DNA of 44,314 nucleotides from a virus (IMGVR_UViG_3300048852_000021:1-44314); one strand, 5' to 3'. Shown: positions 1 through 8,425, counted from the first letter of the stretch. The notes: generated by a model not told the origin, from the sequence alone. Translations and numbers: made by a program.

Positions 1-201
1 AGCGGCGGGACGCAGCTGCCGGATGGCGCCTATTCGGTCAGCGTCAACCGCGTGAGCGAGACGGACGGCACCACGCCGGTCCCCTTCGGCGTGGTCGGCC
101 TCGTCACCGGCGTCAGCCGCGACGTCGGCGGGGTGCTGCTCAGCCTCGGCGGGCTGGAGGTCGATCTGTCGATGCTGTCCAGGGTCGTGCCGCCGAGCTG
201 A
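1..201 (+). CDS. flgD: Host gene 3' end, probable flagellar hook-capping protein FlgD (partial)
   Basis: Frame 1 reads SGGTQLPDGAYSVSV...VTGVSRDVGGVLLSLGGLEVDLSMLSRVVPPS*, resembling the FlgD Ig-like 'LPDGxY' and Tudor-like 'VTGV...L.LGG..V.L' C-terminus; lies outside attL. Confidence 0.65.
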   Translation, partial: SGGTQLPDGAYSVSVNRVSETDGTTPVPFGVVGLVTGVSRDVGGVLLSLGGLEVDLSMLSRVVPPS

Positions 202-243
202 CCTGCGGCCTTCTTCACCTTTGTCTCGCCCGGCAGGGGTGAT

Positions 244-261
244 GGTTAACTCAAGGACAAG
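244..261 (+). repeat. attL core GGTTAACTCAAGGACAAG
   Basis: 17/18 identical to 44188-44205 (13-bp perfect core); separates host-like from phage sequence. Confidence 0.9.
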
Positions 262-299
262 ATGAAAGACAAGTAGCTCAGAGAATTAGGGCCTTCTCA

Positions 300-335
300 G
301 TACCCGGATGTACCCGGCTATACCCGCCCGGGTAC
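300..335. repeat. Candidate integrase arm-type sites (GTACCCGG)
   Basis: GTACCCGG at 300 and 310, TACCCG at 321, inverted CCGGGTAC at 328; GTACCCGGA recurs at 44102 inside attR. Confidence 0.65.
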
Positions 336-400
336 GGGAAGCGGGCCCGGAGGCCCTCCTGAACTTGCGCACCGTGAAAGTCGCTGCGGTCGGCACTCGG

Positions 401-766
401 TCATCCCTCCGGCAGTAGGGACGCGGCCCGGTCCAGGGCCAGCTCCTGCACCGTGTCCAGGGCCTCCTCCGACGCCCCGGCCAACCGGCCGGCGATGATC
501 CCGAACCAGACCAGCATTGCCGTCGCCTGCTGCCGGTCGGAAAGCAGGCTGCTGGCAGCGGAGAAAGCGTGGGAGAGCTGGGGGAACACCTGGCGGATGG
601 CTTGGCACTGCAGCTGGTGGCAGCCAGCGGTGGCGATGTCGTCGACGTTGAGCCAGCTCAATCTGCATTCCTCCAGAGGCAGGCCTGCAGGGGATCGAGG
701 ATCATGCTCCTGGCGATAGCCACTGGTCGTCTGTACCGTGCGGAGAGACTGCGGGTCGGACGCCAT
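401..766 (-). CDS. Hypothetical protein (start uncertain)
   Basis: 121-aa ORF with a protein-like helical C-terminal half, oriented with the leftward operon. Confidence 0.4.
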   Translation of the reverse strand: MASDPQSLRTVQTTSGYRQEHDPRSPAGLPLEECRLSWLNVDDIATAGCHQLQCQAIRQVFPQLSHAFSAASSLLSDRQQATAMLVWFGIIAGRLAGASEEALDTVQELALDRAASLLPEG

Positions 767-1526
767 GCCGGAGCCGAGCTACGTCGCAAAGTATGTTCGA
801 GATCAACTACCGGTCCTAAAGGTAATTGGCGATCTATTGCCAATCTGGCGTCACCTCATGCTCAGGCCGATAACCTTCTTTGCGGTACTCAGGGACAGCA
901 ACAACCTGAGCATCAGAAATTCAATAACCTTCTGTATATCATCTGCTACTTTTCAGACGGCGCTGCTTATAAGTATTGATAATGTATCGAAAATTATAGT
1001 CAAATATTTTCTCTATAGAGAGGATTACAAAGACATAGATGTTTTGACTAGTGTGTTTATAAACGGATCTATTTTTTTAACTCTTATTGGCGGTGCTGCC
1101 ATCGCTACATTTACGACCTATATCCCAGCAATTATAATAAAACGAGACGTTAGCTTTAGAAGAGTATTGGTGGGTGCTATTTATATAAACACATTCATTT
1201 CGACGATATCTTTTTGTATTGTGACATTGGCATATGCTCAATTAACGGTTGAGGAATTTAAGGGAGGGTATGGGGGGATAACGGGATTGAGGGAATTTAT
1301 TGTGGATATCAATATTCGAATTGCGTATTGGGATAAAATGCCCACGTGGAGTAGGATGTACATCAGTTGGTCTTGGTTGGTATTTTTTTTCATTTACACG
1401 AAAATTGCATCAGTTATGACCGGAATAAAATTTTGGAAGATGCTTATTGTTGAAATCGGCCTCCATATTTTTGTTAGTACAATCATAGCACTTGCGTACG
1501 TTTTTATAGTTCATCCGTTTTTATAG
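765..1526 (+). CDS. Low-GC moron, multi-pass membrane protein (Yip1-like topology)
   Basis: Sharply AT-rich relative to the phage; about 5 hydrophobic segments; N-terminal 'LMLRPITFF'; opposite strand to neighbours. Confidence 0.8.
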   Translation: MPEPSYVAKYVRDQLPVLKVIGDLLPIWRHLMLRPITFFAVLRDSNNLSIRNSITFCISSATFQTALLISIDNVSKIIVKYFLYREDYKDIDVLTSVFINGSIFLTLIGGAAIATFTTYIPAIIIKRDVSFRRVLVGAIYINTFISTISFCIVTLAYAQLTVEEFKGGYGGITGLREFIVDINIRIAYWDKMPTWSRMYISWSWLVFFFIYTKIASVMTGIKFWKMLIVEIGLHIFVSTIIALAYVFIVHPFL

Positions 1527-1613
1527 TTCGTTGCGTTGCATGTGAGTTAGGGGAATGAACCACCATTGTCCTGCTGCTGTACGAGATCACGGGACAGCAC
1601 CAAGGAGTGAGCC

Positions 1614-2021
1614 TCATGCTGTATCCCTCCAGAGGCGGGCCTGTAGGAGATCCAGACCCTTTACATTGCGTGTGTTCTCGCTGGGGGTGACCCAGCGCAG
1701 ATTCAGACGGGTGTTGTTCACCCCGTCGCCGTCCCAGTGATCAACCAGGGTGCGTTTGGGATCGGGCGAGGGGCCAACCCGGGCCATGATCTCCCGGTGC
1801 ATGTAGATTCGGCGGCGCCGGCCGCCCCGGCACTCCTCCCTGGCGGCGTACAGCTTGCCGCGCTGGTCGAAGTGAGCGCACCACATCCACTGGCCCAGCC
1901 AGTCCGCATCCTCCTCGCCAACCTTGGCCCAGTAGATCCCGAAGTTGTCTAGCGGGATCAGCAGGGGCTCGACCCGCGGCGCCAGGATGATGCGGGGGTC
2001 GAAGGGGTCTAGCAGCCTCAC
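1614..2021 (-). CDS. Free-standing HNH homing endonuclease
   Basis: IYMHREIM...VDHWDGDGVNNTRLNLRWVTPSEN HNH motif; GTG start overlaps the polymerase stop. Confidence 0.9.
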   Translation of the reverse strand: MRLLDPFDPRIILAPRVEPLLIPLDNFGIYWAKVGEEDADWLGQWMWCAHFDQRGKLYAAREECRGGRRRRIYMHREIMARVGPSPDPKRTLVDHWDGDGVNNTRLNLRWVTPSENTRNVKGLDLLQARLWRDTA

Positions 2022-4102
2022 TTGCTGTACCTCCTCGCGCGCTTGCCCTCTGCAGCGAGCGGGAAATCGGCGGCCCACGCCGGCAGCTCGCACATGAGGG
2101 CACACATCTCGTCAGGGCTGCCGTGGCCGATCTCCGGCTCGCAGATGATCTCGTCGTGGACGGTGGTGATCGGCTCGTAGCCCGCGCGCTCCAGCCGCAG
2201 TAGGCCCAGCACCATGAGGTCGCGACAGATCGCCTGGACGGCGTTCTCGGTCAGCCGACCGCCATAGGTCGACTGCTCCATCCACTTCTTGGTGCGGCTG
2301 TTGACGCCCCAGTAAAACAGCTTGCTGGTGCCGAACTTCTCGTCGATGCCGATGCGCGGCTTGTAGTAGCGAAGATACCTGCCGCTCGGCAGCTTCATGC
2401 GCAGCCAGTTGCCGTCCCGCCGGAACACGATCTTGCCGCCAGCTGCAGCCACGGACACGCCGGGGTTCTGCACCGCCTCGATGGCAGCGCGCTCCATGTC
2501 GCGCCACAAGGCGGGGATGCAGGGGTAGCTCTCGCGGTAGAGCGCGACCGCGCGCTGCGCCAGCTCCAGGCTGACGGTCTTGCCGAAGTTGGCGCAGGTG
2601 GCGACGAACTTCAGTGCGCCGACCTGATAGCCGCAGCCCAGGACGGTCTGCTTCCCGATGAACCGCTCCAGGCCATCCTTGTCGATCAGGCGTTCGGGGA
2701 TGCCGAAGATGCGCGCAGCCATGCGCTCGTAAATCTTCGCGCCGCTATGAAATGCGTCGACGAGATCCTGCTGCCCCGCCAGCCAGGCGACGCCGCGGGC
2801 CTCCACCTGGGCATAGTCGGCGTTGGCGATCTCGCGGCGCTTGGCGGGGATGATCGAGCCGCGCAGCATGCGAGAGAGGATGTCGAGCACCGGCCCGGCC
2901 AGGGCATCGACGAAGGCGCAGCCCTGCTGCAGCAGGGCCAGCATCTCCTCCCAGTCCTTCACCACATCGCGCGGGAAGTTCTGGATCTGCACGCCGCCGG
3001 TCGCGGCGTAACGCCCGGTGTTGGCGCCGTGATAGGTGAGGAGGCCCCGCACCCTGCCGTCGTCGTCCACGCGTGCGGTGATGGCGTCCAGCTTCTTCGT
3101 GCTGGCCTTGCCAGCCTCCAGCCGGATGCGGAGGGCCCGCAGGACGTCGTCGGGGTGGTCCTCGTTCAGCAGGCGCAGGATGTCATTGCGCCGCAGCTCG
3201 GGGTCTCTGTCCTCCTCGTCCTCGTCCTCTTCCTCCTCGATTTCCTCACCCTCGGCCGGCGGCCGGCGGAGATCCACACCCTGGGCTTGCAGCCACCGCT
3301 TCAGGGCGGGGACGTTGGAGGCCTTGGGGACAACCCTGCCGGTCAGCTCGCGCAGCTCATAGTCGAGGGCCGCGCGCGTATCCTCCGCGGCCTGGCGGGC
3401 GAGGGCGATGAAGGCGAGATCGAAGCGCACGCCCCGGTCGTTCATGCGCTCGGTGCAGATCCACACCTCGCGCTCCAGCTCCTGCAGGGGCGGCAGGATG
3501 CGGTCCAGCGCGCACTCGGCCTCGACGTCCCCGCCGCAGTAGTCGGCCAGGCGCTGGATGCGCGCCTCGTCGGCCCACCATTCGATCCAGCGCCCGTCGT
3601 CAAGGGGCGTAAACTGCAGGGGGTTCAGGATGGCGGATGCTGCGACGTTGTCGTCGACGGTGACGTTGCGGCGCGGCTTGCACATCTGGAGCATCAACCG
3701 GTGACCGGCCATGTCCTTACGCGTGGACAGGCCCAGCGCCGCGGTGGCCTTGTCCAGGGCACCAGGGAGGCTGCAGGCACGCGCCCGCGCCATCGTGCAG
3801 TCCCACCTCTCCAGCGGCACCACGGGCCAGCCGTAGCGCGGCCCCAGGAGGTCGCGGAGCATGATGCGCTCGAACGCCGCGTTGTGCGCGACCACGATCA
3901 CCTCGGGGTCGGCCAGCGCCTCACGCAGCTCGTCGGGAAGGGGCTCGCCTTTGCGCCAGGTGTGGACTTGGCCCTGGTCAATGCGCCAGCGGGCGAGGAT
4001 CACATCAGTGGTGTGGTGCTTGGCGTACTTGTGGACGCCGACCCGGCGGAGATCGAGCTGGCTACGGGTTTCGAGGTCGAGATGCAGCCTGCGCTTCGCC
4101 AT
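2018..4102 (-). CDS. polA: Phage family-A DNA polymerase with 3'-5' exonuclease domain
   Basis: Exo motifs DLET and AHNAAFER; Pol motifs DYAQVEAR, RFIGKQTVLGCGY, TVHDEI. Confidence 0.95.
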   Translation of the reverse strand: MAKRRLHLDLETRSQLDLRRVGVHKYAKHHTTDVILARWRIDQGQVHTWRKGEPLPDELREALADPEVIVVAHNAAFERIMLRDLLGPRYGWPVVPLERWDCTMARARACSLPGALDKATAALGLSTRKDMAGHRLMLQMCKPRRNVTVDDNVAASAILNPLQFTPLDDGRWIEWWADEARIQRLADYCGGDVEAECALDRILPPLQELEREVWICTERMNDRGVRFDLAFIALARQAAEDTRAALDYELRELTGRVVPKASNVPALKRWLQAQGVDLRRPPAEGEEIEEEEDEDEEDRDPELRRNDILRLLNEDHPDDVLRALRIRLEAGKASTKKLDAITARVDDDGRVRGLLTYHGANTGRYAATGGVQIQNFPRDVVKDWEEMLALLQQGCAFVDALAGPVLDILSRMLRGSIIPAKRREIANADYAQVEARGVAWLAGQQDLVDAFHSGAKIYERMAARIFGIPERLIDKDGLERFIGKQTVLGCGYQVGALKFVATCANFGKTVSLELAQRAVALYRESYPCIPALWRDMERAAIEAVQNPGVSVAAAGGKIVFRRDGNWLRMKLPSGRYLRYYKPRIGIDEKFGTSKLFYWGVNSRTKKWMEQSTYGGRLTENAVQAICRDLMVLGLLRLERAGYEPITTVHDEIICEPEIGHGSPDEMCALMCELPAWAADFPLAAEGKRARRYSK

Positions 4103-4130
4103 CTTCCGTCTGGGTCAATATGTTTCGACA

Positions 4131-4165
4131 AAAATGGAAGGCGGCGGGCGCAATACGCCCGCCGC
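4131..4165 (-). terminator. GC hairpin with weak T-tail after the SSB gene
   Basis: Minus strand GCGGCGGGCG-TATTG-CGCCCGCCGC followed by CTTCCATTTTT. Confidence 0.6.
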
Positions 4166-4173
4166 AGCGCAGC

Positions 4174-4743
4174 TCAGAAGGGGGTATCTTCCATCTCCTC
4201 CGCGGCCTGCTCGAACTCGTCCTCGGCCCGCGGCGCGCCGCCGAACTTCTCGTCGTGGCGGAGCAGCTGGACGTTGTTGAGCCCGAAGGCGACACCCACC
4301 GTCTTGTTCTTGTAGGTGAAGGCCCGGAGCGACACCTTCGCCCAGCGGCCGGGGTAGGCCTCGGCAGGATCGGTCACGCGCTCAATCATCGCGTCCACCA
4401 CACCGGGGCGGTTTTTCGCGGAGAAGCTGATGAAGTGCCAGCCAGGCTCATAGCCGGCCAGATGCGACTTCTCGTTCGCGTCGCGCACCACCGTCTCCGG
4501 CAGGCGCACGGTCGGGCCCTTCGGCCACTTCGCGCGATCCTTGCCCCAGCCATCCTCGGCAGCCGCAATCAGCGGCGGCAGCAGGATCTTGGTGTTGAAG
4601 TTCGGCGGCAGCAGCAGCGTGCCGCCATAGCGGTCGTTGCCCTGGTCGTCCTTCTCCGGCTTGAAGAACACCGGGAAGGAGAGGCGGCCCACTACCTTGA
4701 TGCTGCGGGCGTCAGCCTGATCCGTCTTGTTCGTCTGGCTCAT
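4174..4743 (-). CDS. ssDNA-binding protein, DUF2815 / T7 gp2.5-like
   Basis: GRLSFP, YPGRWAKVSL, GVAFGLNNVQ motifs; acidic tail ending EDTPF; lies between DUF2800 and PolA. Confidence 0.9.
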   Translation of the reverse strand: MSQTNKTDQADARSIKVVGRLSFPVFFKPEKDDQGNDRYGGTLLLPPNFNTKILLPPLIAAAEDGWGKDRAKWPKGPTVRLPETVVRDANEKSHLAGYEPGWHFISFSAKNRPGVVDAMIERVTDPAEAYPGRWAKVSLRAFTYKNKTVGVAFGLNNVQLLRHDEKFGGAPRAEDEFEQAAEEMEDTPF

Positions 4744-4753
4744 GGGGTTCCCT

Positions 4754-5938
4754 TCAGAACTCATCCGGCTGCACGGTGAAATCCGCGGCGGGCCCGGCCG
4801 GGACAGCGGGCCGCGGATCGTCCTCCGACACCATCGAGAAGCCGGAGGATGTCTTGGGTGCGAGGTTGGCGAGCGACAGCTCGACACCACGCTTCTTCAT
4901 CGCCTTCTCCACCTGCGCAGGTGACTTCATGACCATGCTGTGGATGTCGCCCGACTGCAGGCCGACAGCGATCAGCTCCTGCGCGGCCTTCTCCTCGTTG
5001 ACCCACTTCCGCCGGCCCTGCTTCTGGACCAGCTTGTGGCCGGGCACGGGCTCACCCCGCTGCAGCATCGCGAAAGCCGTCTCCCTCACGACAGTGATCC
5101 AGGCGTCGATCACATCCGCCGCCTTCAGTGCCACGCTGATGTCGGATGCCGTAAGAGATTCCGCATTTGATGTAAGCGCCTGGCCATCAGAAAACTCGGC
5201 CTGCGCCTGCGTAAACACGAACTCCTCTAATGCCTTGCAGGTGGGTGCCGCCTTGCACCAGCGGCAGTGGTCACCGGGGCCGAACTTCGGGACCGGCTGC
5301 AGGGCGAGTTCGACACCCTCCTGCAGGTTCGCGGCGAGATCCGCCATGTCCGCGATGTCGACCGTGGTGGTCATCACCCCGCCGTTCAGCGGCTGGATGA
5401 CGCACACCTCCACCTTGTCGATGGGGGTGCCAGGCCGCACCATCTGCAGGCCTCCAAGGCCATAGCCGCCCAGCTGCACGTTGACTGTCCCGTCCTCGCG
5501 CCGCGGGCGCACGGCTTTGCCGGCACCGGTCTTGAGATCGCCCACCCAAACCGTGCGGTGCGCAGGGGCGATGATCACTGCGTCAGCAGTGCCCCACAGC
5601 TCCGGGTGGATCTCGGCCAGATGGAACTGCCGCTCAATCAGCAGCACGGTGCCAGGCCCCATCAGGCGGGCATGCGCCTCACGCACGGTATCGAGGTAGA
5701 GCTGGACGATCTCACGCCCTTCCTCGTCGTCCTCCGGCAGGACATCGGCAGCGTCCTCCTGCCGGAACAGCGCCTTCGCCGCAGCTTCGTGCAGCTCGGT
5801 GCCGCGCCGCGCATAGCTGCTTTCGATGTCGGGCAGGCCCTCCTGCGCCGTCACCGATGCGGGGCAGGCGAGATAACGCTCGGCCCCGCTAAAGCCGAAC
5901 CGGCTATGGCCGGTCGGCGCCAGCGCCTGTTCTGCCAT
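4754..5938 (-). CDS. DUF2800 Cas4-like PD-(D/E)XK exonuclease
   Basis: HS..S.AERYLACP, GTELHE, WGTAD, DLKTG, QL..Y, HCRWCKA..C and GRRKW motifs. Confidence 0.9.
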   Translation of the reverse strand: MAEQALAPTGHSRFGFSGAERYLACPASVTAQEGLPDIESSYARRGTELHEAAAKALFRQEDAADVLPEDDEEGREIVQLYLDTVREAHARLMGPGTVLLIERQFHLAEIHPELWGTADAVIIAPAHRTVWVGDLKTGAGKAVRPRREDGTVNVQLGGYGLGGLQMVRPGTPIDKVEVCVIQPLNGGVMTTTVDIADMADLAANLQEGVELALQPVPKFGPGDHCRWCKAAPTCKALEEFVFTQAQAEFSDGQALTSNAESLTASDISVALKAADVIDAWITVVRETAFAMLQRGEPVPGHKLVQKQGRRKWVNEEKAAQELIAVGLQSGDIHSMVMKSPAQVEKAMKKRGVELSLANLAPKTSSGFSMVSEDDPRPAVPAGPAADFTVQPDEF

Positions 5939-6549
5939 CAGGCCGCCACCTGCGCATCCACCTTCAGCGCGCCCAGGAAGGTCAGGGCCTTCTGGTAGAT
6001 CGTCGGCCAGGTGTCCTGCGGGCAGTCGATCAGGCGCTTGGCGCCGCCATAGTCCTGCAGCAGCTTCACCACACCGGCCACCTTGGCGGAGTGGTGCGTG
6101 CCATAGAGCGCCAGCACGCGGCGCATCTCCTGCTCGGTCAGTTCCGGCGTGGCGGCGTCAGCCCCCATCACCTCATCCATCGTAGCCTCGGGCTCGGCAG
6201 GGACTTCGTGAGGCAGCCCCTCCTGCTCGGGCGCCGGCTCGGTGACATAAGCCTCCGCAACCGGCGCCGGAGCCGGCTCTGCGGCCTCCGCCTCACCCCT
6301 GCGGCGACGGCGGCGCGGCGTGGCATCGCCCGCGGGCGCCGCAGTCTCGGGCGTTGCGGCGGGCGCCTCCACCAGGCTCTTGCTCTGCTCTGCGGTCAGC
6401 GCCTGGGCGGCGAGGTCGGAGAGGGCGGGCACGGCGACGACGTTGGGGGCGTTGGCACCCACCGTCAGGTAGGGGCTCAGGGCCGCGTTCAGTTTCGCAC
6501 GCAACTCGTCGAGGGTGTCTGCTTCAACGTGTACGGCAATGGGCGACAT
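5938..6549 (-). CDS. Conserved replication-module hypothetical protein
   Basis: Translationally coupled; Ala/Pro/Glu linker and a C-terminal 'VKLLQDYGGAKRLIDCP..W' domain typical of the gene preceding DUF2800. Confidence 0.75.
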   Translation of the reverse strand: MSPIAVHVEADTLDELRAKLNAALSPYLTVGANAPNVVAVPALSDLAAQALTAEQSKSLVEAPAATPETAAPAGDATPRRRRRRGEAEAAEPAPAPVAEAYVTEPAPEQEGLPHEVPAEPEATMDEVMGADAATPELTEQEMRRVLALYGTHHSAKVAGVVKLLQDYGGAKRLIDCPQDTWPTIYQKALTFLGALKVDAQVAA

Positions 6550-7904
6550 CAGCTCACCTCCTGCAGGATCTCAGTGTTGATACGCACCTTTCGCGCGCTC
6601 ACCTGCTGTACGCGCTGGTCGATGGTGCCGCTCGCGCTCGCGAACGACGCATGGACCGACCGCCGCTGCCCGGCGCGTCGGACGCGCCCGATAGCCTGGC
6701 GGTTGATGTCGGGGTTCCAGTGACCCTCCAGAAACAGCATGCGGCGACACGCCTGCATGCCATCCAGCCCGGTGCCACCGGACTCCATGTTGATCACCAG
6801 GGCGCGGCAGCGGCCCGCCACGAAATCCGCGAGCGCAGCTTCCTTCTCCGCCTGGCTGGTCCAGCGCCTGCCCATCAGCAGGCGAGCGCCATAGCCCGAG
6901 AGGTGGCGCGCGACCGTGCGCAGACCGTCGACATGCAGGCCGGCGACCACGATGCGGTCCAGCCCTGCCTCCAGCTCTGCCTCCGCCAGCTGCGCGACAC
7001 CGGGCGCCTTGGCCAGCGCCAGCAGCCTGCGCAGCGAAGCGGTGGGCAGCAGCATGGCCTGCAGGGCGCAATCGGCAGCGGCGTCTCCGCCCTCCATCTG
7101 CGCGAGGGCAATTTCCAGCTGCTGCATCGTCTCCGGGTCGGCATCCACCTCGCGCCGGATCTCGTCCAGCATGGCAGGCGACACGGTCACCGGGATCTCG
7201 TCGGCCACCAGGCCAGGCATGTCAGGATATGCCTGCTCCAGCGTCATGCGGGTGCTGTAGCGGTTCAGCTTGCGCCCCAGCTCGTCGAGGTTCTTCCCGC
7301 CAACCACGGCATCCCCGTGGGGCGTCTGCTGGATGATGCAGTATTTCAGATCCCAGGCTGCGGCGCTGGGCTCGGAGATGTCAGGCCAGAGCCGCGAGAC
7401 ATGCGGGAACAGGTTGCGCGGGTTGCCCATCACGGGCGTGCCGGTGCTGGGCCAGACGCGCTCGCAGCGGCGGAACAGCGCGCCCTTGCTGTTGACCCTC
7501 TCGCCATAGACGGCACGCGTGCGGCGGGCATCCGTGTGGGCCAGCAGGTGGGCCTCGTCGAGCACCATGCTGCTGTAGTCGAGCCCGTAGAGCTGGCGCC
7601 AAATCGGCATGGTGCGCGCGAGGTCGTAGCTGGCCACGATCACCTGCGCGCCGCGTTCGACCGTGTCCCGGCCACTGCCGATCACCTGCATCCTGGGGCG
7701 GTCGCCGCGGAACCTAGCGATCTGCAGAGCGGTCTGCTGCGCGAGCTGCTGGTTCAGCGTCAGCCACAGTTGCCGGCCGCCCACCTCCCTCCCGGCGACA
7801 GCCAGGGGTGCGGTCTTGCCGACGCCCGGCTCCCACCACAGGCCAAAGCTGCCCACGAAGAGGTCCATGACGACCCCCTCTTGATGCCTCCAGAGGCGAG
7901 ACAC
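6549..7904 (-). CDS. SNF2-like SF2 helicase
   Basis: LWRHQ, PGVGKT, LDEAH, STGTP, GTGLD and QAIGRVRRAGQ motifs; GTG start overlaps the upstream TAG. Confidence 0.9.
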   Translation of the reverse strand: MSRLWRHQEGVVMDLFVGSFGLWWEPGVGKTAPLAVAGREVGGRQLWLTLNQQLAQQTALQIARFRGDRPRMQVIGSGRDTVERGAQVIVASYDLARTMPIWRQLYGLDYSSMVLDEAHLLAHTDARRTRAVYGERVNSKGALFRRCERVWPSTGTPVMGNPRNLFPHVSRLWPDISEPSAAAWDLKYCIIQQTPHGDAVVGGKNLDELGRKLNRYSTRMTLEQAYPDMPGLVADEIPVTVSPAMLDEIRREVDADPETMQQLEIALAQMEGGDAAADCALQAMLLPTASLRRLLALAKAPGVAQLAEAELEAGLDRIVVAGLHVDGLRTVARHLSGYGARLLMGRRWTSQAEKEAALADFVAGRCRALVINMESGGTGLDGMQACRRMLFLEGHWNPDINRQAIGRVRRAGQRRSVHASFASASGTIDQRVQQVSARKVRINTEILQEVS

Positions 7905-8140
7905 TAATAGGTGCCTGCGCCGGGATCTTCGGGGCGGGGGTCGCGCGCAGCGGCGCCACCGTCGAGCAGGCGCTGGAGGCTGTCCGCGCGCACCAGAAAC
8001 TTCCCGGGCAGGGACACGGCGTTGAGCCTGCCCTGGTGGATGAGGGAATGCACGGTGCGTGTCGAGATACCCAGCATGTCCGCGGTTTCGCGGACGGTGT
8101 GGGTGAGCCGGGTTACCGGTGTAGCTTTCAGATGCGTCAT
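7904..8140 (-). CDS. Excisionase/Cox-like HTH protein
   Basis: TVRETADMLGISTRTVHSLIHQGRLNAV...FLV is an HTH_17/Xis-type winged helix; first gene of the leftward operon. Confidence 0.85.
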   Translation of the reverse strand: MTHLKATPVTRLTHTVRETADMLGISTRTVHSLIHQGRLNAVSLPGKFLVRADSLQRLLDGGAAARDPRPEDPGAGTY

Positions 8141-8297
8141 GGGCTTGCATAATTGCAGGTGGTCCTCCCCAACGCAACTCGACTTATACGCAAACCCCAC
8201 CACCGTTATACGGTGTACCAATCAGCCACTGCACGCGAGTTTCGTGTCAATTTGTAACCGGTTTCGCTGACCTCAACATTTTGCACGCCTTTGCTCA

Positions 8298-8312
8298 GAA
8301 CAAAACAGGAAC
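8298..8312 (+). promoter_or_regulatory. Alphaproteobacterial LexA (SOS) box
   Basis: GAAC-AAAACAG-GAAC is an exact GAAC-N7-GAAC, in the AT-rich divergent promoter region 8141-8425. Confidence 0.75.
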
Positions 8313-8425
8313 CTTAGAACTTGTGCCTTACGGGTTAGATTGCAAACTTACGGATTTATGGGCATGTCAGTGTTTAACGACGCAAAATGCGTCGCACCGA
8401 ACCGTATTGGGGCCAAACTAAGGAT

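Noticed and set aside
244-261. tRNA/tmRNA or dif integration target
   Set aside because: No cloverleaf or T-arm/CCA sequence at either end, and no XerC/XerD dif consensus.
4754-5938. CRISPR-Cas locus suggested by the Cas4-like nuclease
   Set aside because: No repeat-spacer array or other cas genes; DUF2800 is a standard part of this replication module.
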